Part shown: positions 1-12,824 of the stretch, in pieces | Layout: every line of letters starts with the position of its first letter | Numbering within the stretch: position 1 is the first letter of the stretch | From: Camelus dromedarius | Taxonomy: Eukaryota | DNA length: 64,000 bases | Assembly (NCBI RefSeq): GCF_036321535.1 | Contig: NC_087436.1 | Coordinates: forward strand, 103,480,001 to 103,544,000 | Reading direction: 5' to 3' | The notes under the pieces: model-generated | What the model saw: the letters and a program-made list of their open reading frames with translations, nothing else | Databases searched by the model: none | Told to the model about the DNA's origin: nothing | Program-made: the position numbers and the translations under genes

Positions 1-960
1 CATATGAGAAGATGCTCCACATCATATATTATCAGGGAAATGCAAATGGAAACAACAATGAGACACCCTCTACATACTCATTAGAGGAGCCAAAATCTAC
101 AACATTGACAACACTGAGTGCTGGTGAGGATGCGGAGCAATAGGAATTCATCCATTGCTGATGAGAATGCAAAATGGTACAGCAAACTTCCCACCAAACT
201 ATAGGAAGACAGTCTGGTGGTTTCCTATAAAACAAAACGTACTCTTACCATAAGATCCAGCTATCATGCCGCCTGGTATTTACCCAAAGAAACTGAAAAC
301 TTATGTCCATACAAAAACCTGCACACAGATGTTTATAGCAGCTTTATAAACGCCAACTTGGAAGCACCAAGATGTCCTTCAGTGGGTGAAGGGTAATAAA
401 CTATAGTACATCTAGACAATAGAATATATTCAGCTATAAAAAGAAATGAGATAAATTAACTATATTTCAATTTTTAAAAAGGGGGAAATGAGACATCAAG
501 CCATGAAAAGACATGGAGAAACCTTAAATACGTATTACTGAGTGAAAGAAGTCAACCTCAACAGACTACCTGCTGTTTCCAGTATATGACATTATAGTAA
601 AGGAGTGGTTGTCAGAGTGAGGGAGGTGGGTGGCATGAATAGGCAGAGCTCAGAGGATGTTTAGACGAGTGAAAATACTCTGTGAGATACCATAGGATAG
701 ATACATGTCATCATATATTTGTCCAAACCAATAGACCACACAACACCATGAGGTAATCACTACGTAAACTATGGATTCTGGGTGATCATGATGTGTCAGT
801 TTAGGTTTACCATTGGTAACAACTGTACCACTCTGGTGGGGGATGTTAATATTTGGGAGGCTATGTTTTTATGGGGGTAAGGGGCATATGCGAACTCTCT
901 ATATCTTCCATTTAATTTTGCTGTGAATCTTAAACTTCTCTTAAAAAATCTAAATTTTAA
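1..960 (+). mobile_element. Old LINE-1 3' end (L1MC1-like): ORF2 C-terminal remnant plus 3' UTR; runs off the window start
   Basis: L1 ORF2-end motifs (gaaatgcaaat..aacaacaatgagacac, tgctggtgaggatgcggagcaa, ccataagatccagc) followed by an L1MC-type 3' UTR (aactgtaccactctggtgggggatgtt) ending in an A-rich tail. Confidence 0.85.
452..484 (+). mobile_element. Micro-insertion: extreme 3' tip of a younger L1 inside the L1MC1-like element
   Basis: taaattaactatatttcaatttttaaaaa resembles the L1 terminus seen on the minus strand near 61175-61200 (tgtaaatcaactatacttcaaaaaa); flanked by duplicated gaaatgaga (443-451 and 485-493). Confidence 0.6.
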
Positions 961-994
961 AAAAGGTAATTCCTTTATTTTAACTTGAAACTTA

Positions 995-1120
995 GAATAG
1001 ATTAACTGAGATAGAGTTGACACACAATAAACTACATGTTATTTAATGCCCACAATTTGATATTTTTTGACATATGTATACACTGTGAAACCATCACTGC
1101 AATCAAGATAATGGATGTTA
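995..1120 (-). mobile_element. Old L1 (L1MB/ME-like) 3' end fragment
   Basis: tgacatatgtatacactgtgaaaccatcactgcaatcaagata resembles the antisense L1M 3' terminus. Confidence 0.55.
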
Positions 1121-3661
1121 TAACAACTAAACTTATTAAATAGCTAAAAACAGATTTGAAAACCAGAACATAAAATTGAGAAGAATTAAATTAACTCTTA
1201 ATAAATCAATGGATACAACACTTGAACAGATTGGAAAACTAGCTGTTGTGAAGATATCAATATTCCCAAATAAATATTTATAAATGAATATTTTGAGGTC
1301 TAATTCATTTTGATCTTATATTTCAGCATTGTTATAGACTATGAAAGTAATCTAGAATTGGAATTCAAATATATGGACTCTTTCTGCTTTAAAATATGTA
1401 AGGAAATATTACTTAGAACTAGATCCTTGCAGATCTTATTTGCAGATGTAGGTGATGATATTCTTTGTTCACATTAACAAGTAGATGGATATGAAACATT
1501 TTGTCAATTCAACTCTATCAACTACCTCTGTGATATATCCCAAAATTTCACGGTCACCTATAATCAAAAATTATTATTAATAAACTCTGCACCAACAAAT
1601 CAATTTGATCTTCCATCAATATTATTCAAATAAAAATTTGAAAAACAACTGATTTACAAAAGGATTTGGTTACACAGTCATTTGAATCAGCCATTTTCTC
1701 AACACCTACATCAGTAGATTGTTCTTTTGGAGCCTCTGAGATTTTTGCATCCCAAAACAATCTACTATAACAAATTAGAAGTAGATTAGAGGTATCCCAT
1801 TGTTTTGTGAAGTGTGAGAAGGGTGATTTTTAAAGAGAAGACAGAAAATGCAAATCTGCATAATGATGGAGGCACGCAGACAGATAAATTGTAGGTAAAA
1901 GTACATAGGGAAGATGAGAATTTAGACACAAATTCCTCACTTCTACTTGTACCCCTAAAACTCTTGGAATGTTTTTACACAGTCTCAGGTGAAAGCATAG
2001 GCTAGTTTTATGCCCACTGAACTAAAATAAACTGCATTCTCCTGCTTTCCTTAGCCACCACACTTCAGCTCACTAACATAATCAGGATCTTAGAGTCAGT
2101 ATGGGATTTCCTCCTTTCAGTACTCAGTCCACCTGAAACCTGAACATAGTTTTGTCTTGAGGTGACAGGATGGGCATATTGAGATTTTGGAATCTTTTCC
2201 AACCATAAGATACTATTAAAAAATCCCTAAAGATCAATATTCAAAACTTGTTCAATATATAAATAAAAAGAAGAAAATAAAAGCAAGAAAGGCTTTCTTA
2301 CAATTCAAAGTTGAAGACTATATTCCATGGATGTAGGTCATAATTACATTCAGATATGTTGATAATTGTATATATTCATAGTATGTAATAATTAACAACA
2401 TATCTAAAAACATTCATAAACTTATATATTAAGCTCTAAGCTACTGGTTTTCAATATAACTATGCATGTGAATCACCTAGAGAGTTAAGAAATAAAAGTA
2501 AAAATAGAGATTTCTGGCTCTCACTTCAAATTCACAATCAAAATCACAAAAAGTGAGGCCAGATAATTCTTTAGGCACTGGGAGATTTATACGCATTTGA
2601 GAATTATTCCTCAATGCTACATTCCCCTTGTGATATATAAGTAACCATTTGCATAATTTTTCCAATAATCTTCAGGGGAGTTTTGCTTGCATATGATACA
2701 GAAAAATTAGCAGTACATCTCATTATCTTGTTTAACATAACTATCAGGCATTTCTATCCACTTCTCTAGTAAATGGACGCTTTTTCTTTAAATGCTCACA
2801 TAAGTCAATGTACAAAAGAAGATCAAAATAGGTTTTGTTTCAGTGTAGAAGTATACTGGTCTTGTGTCAATAAGATTATTTTTCTCATTTAGAGAAATAA
2901 TACGGGCAGAGTGTAGGTTTAACTGTGTTAATAGCTATTAAAGAAATTCAGCAAGGACTGGCTTTGGAAGAGGATGTTAATATCTGTCATTCTCTTTAGT
3001 TGGCAATTCAATCATCTCAACCTCAAAGTACATGTTTATGTAACAAGTATGCTCGGTCCCTTGTTGTCGCTTTCATAAGCATGTAGGTCTACACATTATG
3101 GTTGATTTTAAGTGTTGTGGAGACTATTCCACAAAAGAAATTGTCACCACTTTCTATTCAAATTGAGGTCTGGAAGGCTATGTGTAACAGCACACCTGAT
3201 AATTGGTTCTATTATGAAGCACTGTCAAGGCAGATTTTTCAAGTACCAAACAAAATGCTTAACATTCGTTTCCAGGCAAAAACTGCAATGTAGTGCTTCG
3301 GCAGCAAAAAATCCCAGTTCTAATTGCATAGGGTAAATCCAATTATACCTTACATAATCCAGATGCCAAACTGACACTCAGGGTACTGCCTATGAACAAT
3401 GTGTTGTTACCCTAAGTTTGGGAGAGAGGAGGTAGAGAGAGGACAATTTATTAGCATGAATCTTAGAGCATAAGTTAAGTATTTCCACATAAAGAAATTT
3501 AATAAAGTGTCTTATTAATAACTCAAATAGTACATCCAGCTCCTTTGCCGGTGCCCTAAAAAATAGGTCAAAAAACCATTTGACATCCAGGGTTTTTGAA
3601 CTCTTTTCTAAAATCAATTAAATTTCAATTAATGAAGTTCAGATGGTCATATTTCCACCAG

Positions 3662-3686
3662 CACACACACACACACACACACACAC
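3662..3686. repeat. (CA)n microsatellite
   Basis: About 12 uninterrupted CA units. Confidence 0.95.
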
Positions 3687-3729
3687 GTCTTAAATGGAAT
3701 TGTATAGGTCATTCTTGCTGAGGAGTCTT

Positions 3730-3895
3730 AGTCAAAACATCAATTTCTCTAATCCCTGGTTTCTTCATCAGTAAAATACAGATAATACTCAGTCTGCCTG
3801 GTGGGGGCTCTTGAGACTTAAACAAAGTTATACATGTAGCAAGTTTACAAGATGCCTAGAGCACAGTAAATATTCAATAAATGTTAACTATTATC
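3730..3895 (+). mobile_element. MIR SINE fragment
   Basis: Core-like ggtttcttcatcagtaaaatacagataata and 3' end cacagtaaatattcaataaatgttaactattat. Confidence 0.75.
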
Positions 3896-4038
3896 TGATT
3901 TCAAATTACCATGTATGCTTGCAGTCTACTAAATGTGATTTTCAATCCACTTATTTAACAATTCATTTTTCAGTGCTTAGAACATGTCTCCACTTCTTGG
4001 TACTTCGGCATAAAGATGAATGAAACACAGACCCCACT

Positions 4039-4443
4039 TGTCTTGGCTGTGTTCCACAGAAGCAGAGTCAAAGATGGAGACTGAGGAAAGTGATTTATTA
4101 AAGAATGCTTTCAGGAAAAAAAACCCATATGAATGGAAGGCGCATAAGCCAGGAAAGGGAAGAAGCTATGCAAAAAGAACTTCTAGAGAAAGTCCAGCTG
4201 TAGGCTGACCCCTAGAGGGATCTCTAAAGAATAAATTGCAACACAGAAGGCCCTGCCTTAACGTAAAAGTGCTTGCCCTATCAGGTTGTTAGTGTCTTCA
4301 ATGGCCCAGGAAAGAGTGTCTGAAGAAGACTGCAGGTGTGAGGTCAGAACCAAGGAGGAGAGGTGGTGAACTGACCACATCAACCAAAATGGGGATGGGT
4401 CTCTGGGGAATAGAATGAGACACAGCCAGCAGCATCTGCTACC
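4039..4443 (-). mobile_element. Old MaLR solo LTR (MLT1J/K-like)
   Basis: Begins tgtcttggctgtgttccacagaagcagag with tttatt (antisense polyA signal) and ends cagcatctgctac. Confidence 0.6.
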
Positions 4444-4619
4444 CTACCCTGAGCATCAGCACAGTCAGGTGAAACAGGTATCAGGCAAGTTAGTGAGGCA
4501 AATCACGTCAAGTGCTCTGACAGAGTGCCAGTCCATACTGCTTGCAAGTTCTATCAGGCTGTGTTACACCACTGAGCCTCTGCCCCACAGAAGCCTGACT
4601 CCCCGCATCTCACCTCCAG

Positions 4620-5300
4620 CCTGGACACCTCATACTTTTCTTTCAAGACTCAGCCTAAAGCATTGTTCCTTTCTGAAGAATCTCTTTAACCTGTATCTCA
4701 GCCTCCTTCTGTAGCTGCTAAAGCCACCTGCCTTAGACCCTTCAGACTGCTATAACAAACATACAATGTACCGAGTGGCTTACGAACAACAAACATTTAT
4801 TCCTCATTCAGCTCTGGAGGCTGGGAAGCCCTACATCAAGATGCCTGGCAGATCAGGTGTCTGGTGAGGGCTGCTTGCTTGTTCATAGACAGCTGCCTCC
4901 TCACTGTGTCCTCACATGATGGAAGGGGCAAAGACCCTCTGGGGTCTCTTCTATAAGGTCACTGATCCCACTCATGAGGGCTTAACCTCATGACTTAATT
5001 ACCTCCCAAAGGTCCCACCTCCAAATACCAAAATATTGGGTGTGAGGATTTAACATGTAAGAATTTCTGGAAGGGGGCACATTCAGGCTACAGCACTCAT
5101 GTACAAAGTTCTCCCAAACGTTTACCACACTTTACCGTAATCACTGGTTGATATGTATTTTTTTTCCAAGTAGACTGAATACCCTGAATGTGAGAACGAT
5201 ATCTTCTTAGTCATCTTGGTAGGCTCAGCTTGATACTTATATATTCTAAGTGGCTTAATAAAGATTTGGTAAATGATTAAATGAATGAATGAATGAGTAA
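4620..5300 (+). mobile_element. L2 3' end, interrupted by an MLT1A-like LTR
   Basis: tctttcaagactcagcctaaa on the left; tagactgaa...aataaagatttggtaaatgattaaatgaatgaatgaat (L2 tail) on the right. Confidence 0.6.
4729..5095 (-). mobile_element. MaLR solo LTR (MLT1A-like)
   Basis: tgccttag...gctataacaaa...ctggaggctgggaag...ctggtgagggc...taattacctcccaaaggtcccacctccaaatacc...cattcaggctacagca; TG..CA ends. Confidence 0.85.
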
Positions 5301-5552
5301 ACCAACTAACATATACTGCATCACTAGGTGTATCAATAGTCTCTCGATGGATACCTACAATCACCCTCAAATATATGTGAAGTGTAGTTATTTCTAGCTA
5401 GACTTCTGCCTGATACTGGCTTTCACCTTATGATATTCATATAGTCTCTCAATGCCTAGCAGGTGAATTTAATTCTCTGAAATTTTTCTGACATTATTTT
5501 CGTAACTCTTTAGTGCACCTATTTTAAAAGAGTTTAAAAAAGAGAAAGAGAT

Positions 5553-5669
5553 GGGAGGGAGGATATAGCTCAAGCAGAGAGTGCATGCTTAGTTAGCATG
5601 CACGAGGTTCTGGGTTCTATCTCCAGTACCTCCTCTAAAAATAAATAAACCTAATTATCTTCCCCTGAC
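5553..5669 (+). mobile_element. tRNA-derived SINE, camelid Vic-1-like, with TSD
   Basis: ggatatagctcaa (A-box), gcatgcacgaggttctgggttctatctccagtacctcc (B-box region), then aaaaataaataaacctaattatcttcccc; flanking direct repeat ending agagatg (5536-5553 and 5670-5688) after TT|AAAA. Confidence 0.8.
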
Positions 5670-6521
5670 AAAGAGAGAGAGAGAGATGTTTTCACCAGAG
5701 TTTTCTAAGACACATAACAAAAGCAGAGGTAAGGTTAACTTTAGCAAAATAGAAGCAGCATCAGGAATCAGTGGATGTTACTTGCTAGAAAGAGCTTCTA
5801 AGTAACAAGAAAAAAGGACATTTTTGCATTTCCCTGAGAAAAAGATGCTGCTCTAGATTATCTTGGAAGCATAAACTCATTCTCAAGAGATAATTATTTA
5901 ACGTTAATTTCTGGTAGCCTTGTCACAATAAAATAAGTTCAGGTTTTACACTCAACTAAAACCTTATACTCCAAGAAATTCCACTAAATTTACACAAGGA
6001 CCTTATATCTCTATGATCCTATGAGAGTTTACATCCTATTTTCAAAGCCTATACTTCTTTCTAGAGAATTTTCATACGCTGCTTCGTGTAATAGTTATTT
6101 TTTACAAGCTTTACGCCTCTCAAGCAGGTTTCTGATTTCCCACAAGACCAAGAGCATTGATTAATGTACAAGACTCCATAAAACATGTTTGTTGAGCTAA
6201 ATTGACAAAGATAGTGATGAAATTGAGCAATAATATTTTCAGTCATAAAAGAGCTTTGAATAGGAATGAAAATGACTGTTTCTTTGGCTTGTAGTATTGA
6301 TTGGATCAGGAAGAGTCTCAGGATCCTTCAGAAACCTCAAGAAAGTGGATCAAATGCTTTCTTCCCTGCAAAAATTGCCGGGCTTTAGATTGCAAACTGC
6401 AAAATAAAACATATATTTTTTGCCACAGCTTATTCAACTGAGGATCCATGCAGGTGATGCGAGCAATTAAGCCACTTTAACCTAGCTTGGTTGAAACTCT
6501 ATACAATAGGAATGCTCCTTG

Positions 6522-7113
6522 TGTTGCCAGAGAATAGATTTTTGCCTTGCCCAGGAAAGAATCCAAGAGCAAGGCATAGTAAAGTGAAAGCAAATTTATT
6601 TAGAGAGATACAGACTCCATACAGAGTGCAGTCCGTCTCACTCAGAAGGGAGAGTGGCTTAGGAGATAAATATCTATTGGCAGAATGCGGGCCATCTCAA
6701 AAGGTGAGGAGAGGCAAGCTCTGAGAGGTGAGGGAGTGTTTAGTTTAAAGTAAAAGTAGATTCACACTCCATAGACAGAGTGCAGGCCGTCTCAGAAGGC
6801 AAGAGGGAGAGTAACCATGAGGTGTAGGGTTGTTAGTTTTTATGGTCTGAGTAATTTCATATGCTAACAAGAAGGAGAATTATTCCAACTATTTTGGGGA
6901 AGGGGCAGAGATTTCTGGGAATTGGGCCCTGTCCACTTTTGACCTTTTATGGTCAGCCTAGGAACAGTCTTGGCACCTATGGGTGTGCCAGGAGGCTCAA
7001 GGTCTACAGGAAGTCAGGTCTTCCTCCATCATGGTTCTAACCAGTTTGTCCTGTCCTCAACTGCTGTGTCATTCTTTCAATGGTTGTGCCCTGCCTCCTT
7101 CCCTCCTGTCTTA
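6522..7113 (-). mobile_element. ERV1 solo LTR, MER41-like (copy A)
   Basis: About 590 bp; perfect 4-bp TSD cttg (6518-6521 and 7114-7117); antisense AATAAA; collinear reverse complement of 18675-19269; MER41-type U3 motif ctgccccttcccc..ggaataat..ttagcatat. Confidence 0.85.
6913..6921. promoter_or_regulatory. GAS/STAT consensus motif in LTR copy A
   Basis: TTCTGGGAA (reverse complement TTCCCAGAA) fits TTCNNNGAA; motif only, function untested. Confidence 0.45.
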
Positions 7114-7259
7114 CTTGTGAGCCAATTTAATCTTCTTTCCAGAAAGTATGAATTATTGGTGAAAAAACAGTAGTAGCTTCTTCGGTCTGGCCATTAGGCC
7201 AACTAAAATGCAACAAAATTACCTGATCTTTAAGGTAGCATGTTTTTGCTTCCTTATAG

Positions 7260-7434
7260 TCTCCTTTTAATAAGGACAACAGTCATATTGAATTAGGGGC
7301 CTACTCTACTCCTGTATGACTTAACTAATTACATCTTCAACAACCTTATCTCCAAATAAGGTCACATTTTGAGGTATTAAGTGTTAGGACTTCAATACAA
7401 TGAATTTTGGGGAGATGTAATTCAACCCAAAACA
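7260..7434 (-). mobile_element. MaLR LTR fragment (MLT1B/C-like)
   Basis: ataaggacaacagtcatattgaattagggg...tccaaataaggtcacattttgaggta...aattcaacccaaaaca. Confidence 0.75.
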
Positions 7435-7439
7435 GAACT

Positions 7440-10070
7440 CTTTCTGTTGGCTTATGTTCCCTTTTAACATAACCCCGTAATTCCTGCTGTTGTTTTTTTG
7501 TTTGTTTGTTTGTTTGGCTTTTTTTTTTTTTTTTGGCTTATTTGCTTAGAAATGCTTTATTTCTGGCACTATAAGATGCTCCAAACTCTATACGATGCTC
7601 TAGCTTTATCTTATATATTTTCTGCCCCAATTCTAGAATCAGCCATTTCTCAGGGGAGTCCTGGTTCCTTTTATTGGGGAATGGTATGAGAAATCAAGGT
7701 CTGAGTGCTAGGTGTCCTCTTTGCCACTGGTGTGTCATTTTTAGGCCTTCTCAGATGGCAGAGCAAAGACGTATATGTTGGTATACTAACCTCTGTATAT
7801 ACTCGTATCTATAAATACCACTGCATTTGTATTTATATGAAGTTACACATGAGTTCTTACTGAAGTCTCCAACTTTATTCCATTACCACCTGGGTTATTC
7901 TAGCCTACCTCTTCTTGATCTGTAACTTTCCACACCAAAAGAAGAAAACCTGACTTCTGCCATTTGCCATTCATTTACTTGTTTACTTCCACTATATAGC
8001 AGGATCAGAACTGTTAACCCATATACCCTGGGAAATAATTTTATCAGCTAGGTTAGAGTGGTTACATGCAGTCCCTTTTGCTTTTTATCCTACAGCCCTC
8101 CTCCATTTCCTAAGTTACTTGGGTCACACTTTATTCCCTACCTCCCTCAATGGGTTTTTTGGTGTATTTTAAATATGTTTAGATTCTCTTATTATAGTGT
8201 CTCATTCTTTCCTGGGATGCCTGCTCTCCTAAATAATTTCTTTTTAATTTGCATGCATTAAAGTTTGATTTTGTGATGTAAAGCTCCGTGGGACTTGACA
8301 AATTCATGTCATGAATCCCTTATTACAGCTTCAAACAGAATAGTTTGTCCTAAAAATTCCACACGTGCTTCACATATCCACCCCTTCCCTCTTCCCCTCA
8401 AACAACCAGCAACCATGACAGTCTCACTACCTACAGTTTTGCTGTTTCCAGAATGCCGTACAGTTGGAATACTATAGTAATGCAGACTTTTTAGACTGGC
8501 AGGCTTCCTTCACTTAGCAACACACCTTTAAGTTTCCTCTATGTTTTTTCATGGGTTGATAGCTCTTTATTTATTTTTTTTAATCACTGAATAATTGTCT
8601 ATTGCATGGATCTACCACAATTTGTTTATCCTTTCACTTATTGAAAGACTTCTTGGTTGCTTCCAGTTTGGGGAAATACCAAGAAGCTGCTATACATTTT
8701 TTGTGTGGATATAAGGTTTCAGTTGAATTAGCCAAACAGTTAAAAGTAATTGCTGGACTGTATGGTAGGACTGCATTTCACTTTTTTACAAAATTTTCAA
8801 ACTGTTTTCCAAAGAGGCAGTGGGTACCATTTTGCAGTACTGTAGCAATGAATGAGAGCTCTTGCAGCTCCACGTCCTCACCCTGGTATTGGGTGTTTTC
8901 TGGATTTTTGCAATTACAGTAGCTGTGTAATAGTAACTCATTGTTATTTTAGTTTACAAGTCACTAGTGACAATGGCGTTGAGCATCCTTTTATATGCTT
9001 GCTTGTCTTCTGAGTATCTTCTTTGGGAGGTGTTTATTCAGAGCTTTGCCCACTTTTCAAGTGGGCTGTTTTTTTTCTTATTGTTTAAAGAGCCCTTGGT
9101 ATGATACATGTTCTTTGTCAGATACGTGTTTTGCAAATATTTTCTCTAGTCTGTAGCTTGTCTTTTCATTTTCTTAACAGTGTCTTTAGCAGAGCAGAAG
9201 ATTTTAATTTCAATTATGTCTAACTTAATTTTTCTTTTACAGATTGTGTTTTTGGTATTGTATCTAAAAAGTCATTGCTAAACCCAAAGTCACTGAGATT
9301 TTCTACTATGCTATTTTCGAAAAGTCTTACAGTGTTGCTGCATTTTACATTTAAGTCTGTGATTCATTTTGAGTTAACTTTTGTGACAATTGTAACATCT
9401 TTGTCTAGATTCTTTTTTTTGGCATATCAGTATCCAGTTGTTTGGGCGCCAGATCCTATCTCCACTGAATTGCCTTTGCTCCTTTTCCAAAAATCAGTTG
9501 ACTATATTTGTGTGGGTCTATTTCTGGGCTGCCTATTCTGTTCCGTTGACCTATATGTCTAATCTTTTGCCAATACTATGCTGCCCTGGTTACTGTAGCT
9601 TTATATTAAGTGTTGGTGTGAGACAGTGTCAGTCCTCCAGCTTGGTTTTTCTTCTTCAATATAGTACTGGCTATTCTGAGTCCTTTTTGCTTCTCCATGT
9701 AACTTTAGAAACATCTTGTTGATATCCACAAATTGATTTTGATTTTGGATTTGCATTGAATCTACAGTCAATTTGGAAAAAAATGACACATTAGGAATAT
9801 TGAGTCTTCCAATCCATGAATACGAAATCTCTCTTAATTTATTTTGTCCTTTGATTTCTTTAATCAGAGTTTTGTAATTTTCTATGGATATGTCTTATGA
9901 ATTTTTTTTAGGTTTATGCCTAAGGATTTCATTTTTTTGGTGCTAGTGTACATGCCTCTAGAGTTGTAAATTTCAAGTTCTAATTGTTCGTTGCTAGTAC
10001 ATAAGAAAACAACCCACATCTGCACCCCGATCTTGTAGCCTGTGTCCTTGCTGTCATCGCTTATTCTTTC
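7440..10070 (-). mobile_element. Old L1 (L1MD/MC-like): 3' UTR plus decayed ORF2 reaching the RT region
   Basis: Minus ORF 9882-10118 reads GYKIGVQMWVVFLCTSNEQLELEI..KKMKSLGINL, like L1 ORF2p GYKINxQKSxAFLYTNN..KYLGINL; antisense L1 motifs continue through 8270-9900. Confidence 0.85.
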
Positions 10071-12089
10071 TGATGCCTGGATCATCTGTGGTTTGGTTTG
10101 TTTCTTGAAGTATTTCATGCTCTTTCACCACAATCATCTTTTTCATCTGGGATTGTCCCCCGAAAGACCAATCATGAGACTAAATTAATTATGAAAGTCA
10201 GTTGGCTCTACTTAATCCAATTAAACTTAATTGTGTGATCCCCATATTCCTAATCATTCTCACCTAAGGGACATGTTACTTTCATGTTTTTAAACAGATT
10301 TTCTGAGCCAAATCATTTTCACAAATATGACTCTCAGAAAAGACAGTTTAGATACAGGAAGACCAAGGGAAATCAGATTTATCTCATTAACCTAAGAGTT
10401 TGTGCCAAACCACATCATGATTTGTGGGCCGCCCGTAAAGTCTCCTTGATAATAGAAACAATCCTGACAGAGGGAGTGACATGTGAGCAAACGGCAGGAC
10501 TGACTAACTGAAAAAGCTAAACAACGTAGAGGTAAATTTTTTTGTACGAAACCATAATGAAAAGCATTAAAAGTCAAGCTCCAAACTTAAATTATGATTG
10601 TTAAATCAGCACATAAAGACATTTCATGCAATTGCACCATCATAAATTACAGGCATGACACAGATTGCACCATTTGCCAATAATGTGCAAGTGTAAGTAA
10701 TTCCTGATTTAGAAAAAGAATAGGAGCACTGCTAGAGAACTCAAAAACTGTGATTTAATTTACGTAAAAAGCGGAGGAGGGATATGGTATCATTTGCCTG
10801 AAAGTTACATGGCCAGTAAGTTGAGATTTAACCTATACTCCATCATGCTCCTTCACTTCAGTGTATTTTATATGTATGTAATTTTTCTTATGCAAAGAGT
10901 GGTTTTGCTATGTAGAGTCATCGGTGGGTGAATCTAAGAAAATTAACAACAGGATTCTGTCTATCACAAACTTGGAAGGTGTCAACATAGGTTATCATAA
11001 TCAACTGTGCACTGTCAAGAACAGACCATTCCCAACAGTTGGCTACCTGCAGCAATTTCAAAGAATGTGGATTTCATAAAACCTTTTTAAAAGTAATTTT
11101 CCCATGGTGTTAAAATAGCAAGTACTAGAGCTTGGACTGAACAATGATTTTTCTGAATCTTGACCTTCCCAGAAGCACAAAGAAGAAAAGGAGAGCCAGA
11201 CAGCTGGACACTAGTGCCAAGTCTTTTTGACTATACAAAGGGGGAGTGCATCAGGTGTTTCCTTCTGTTTCTTCCCTCATGCCCAGCCGACTTAACCAGA
11301 ATTTCTGGAGGAAGGGTACATACCCTGGAGGAGGAGAAAGACCCTGATTCATTCTTAAACCCCAACTGTGCTGAAGGAAAAAGAGAGTCGAAAGAACAAC
11401 CCAGAGCAAACCAGAGGCCCCCAAAATGCAAGGTGAGACATGCCATGCAGAAACAGGCAGATTTCAACTCTGCTTCTTCTGTTGGAACACTCAGGTCAGG
11501 CATCACTACCCATTGGTGTACCTGAGCACTCTGTCAGAATCCCACAACCAGCAGTGACATAAACTTCTGAATTCTGAGACCAGGGTGTGAACTGTGTTGA
11601 AGGAAGCTCAGGGGAACAGTATTATAACTGAAGGCAGTTATTCAAAGTCCTTTTTGCACATCTGTCCTCAGAAGGATGGATAAGCACCTTACAAAGAGAA
11701 CAAAAATAAATGCAAATGATAACAATCTCCTTTCAGGAGATGTGGTGTGGGCTCTGATGTTGTATTCTTTACTTAAGGTAATAAACAGCATCTATGGAGG
11801 ATCTGGAGGACTTTAAAATGTGATACAGGCACTTTTCTTACCACATTAGGTTAGAAATGTGCTTTATCAATTCATAAGGTGCAATGTGTTGGATCTGATA
11901 CAAAGTATCCAAATTTCCTATTAATTTTAGCTCTCAGTTTTTTCTTTAATTGAATTTTTAGAACAAACAAATGCAGAAAACAACCAATCAGGCATGGCTT
12001 TGGTTCAAGCACTTTTAATTTTAAACAATATTTCTTCTCCCTGAAAAATAAGTAATAACTGCCTGTTATAAGAAATAATGTTACACAGC

Positions 12090-12320
12090 AACTAAAAGAA
12101 AAGGTTTTGGATTTAGACGGCCTGGGTTAAAATACTGTTGTAAGCTTACAAACAGTTTGAACATGGGGACACTATTTAAACTTTCTGAGCCTCAGTGTTC
12201 TTATCTAAACAGTGGGAATAATAACAATAGTCTCTCCCTCACAGGGTTTTTAATGAGGATTAAGTGAGTTCGTTTATGAAATACATCTTTACACATATGA
12301 TTGTTCAATGATGGTAGCTT
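12090..12320 (+). mobile_element. MIR SINE
   Basis: ctgggttaaaat..ctgagcctcagtgttcttatctaaacagtgggaataata..cacagggtttttaatgaggattaagtgag. Confidence 0.8.
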
Positions 12321-12824
12321 TTTTTCATTATGTGCAAACACTACCCTAGGTGCAAAACTTAAAGAGTGTTTACAAATAAGAGACCAGGGAGAACTCACTG
12401 CTCTCAACTCCATTAATAAGACATGCTTCCTCTCTTCAAAGAATAAGGAACATTGCAGAATCAGACAGATAAGCATTCAACTCAAAGCTTCAGAAGGGAG
12501 TTTGGAGAGATGAATTGGAACATGAATTTGCAAACAGAAAGCACACTCAGAGGGTTATTAGAAATAGAGCAGTGTAGGATAGATTATTCTGAATTATTAA
12601 GCTATTACATTTTTGTATTTGAGGATGTGAAAATGCCGAAGAATTAACCATTTTAGAAATTGCTATAAGTACTTTGGGGTTATTAACATTACATAATTGT
12701 GTACTTACAGAATAATCAGTTTTCCCTGGAGGAATAAAGAAAATCACTATTGTTAGGTTAAGTGACTTTTTATTTCTAATGGTATTAAGATCTACACTAT
12801 AAATAATGATTCTCTTAATAGAAC

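Noticed and set aside
5553..5635. tRNA gene
   Set aside because: Degenerate A and B boxes, a SINE-type tail and TSDs indicate a tRNA-derived SINE.
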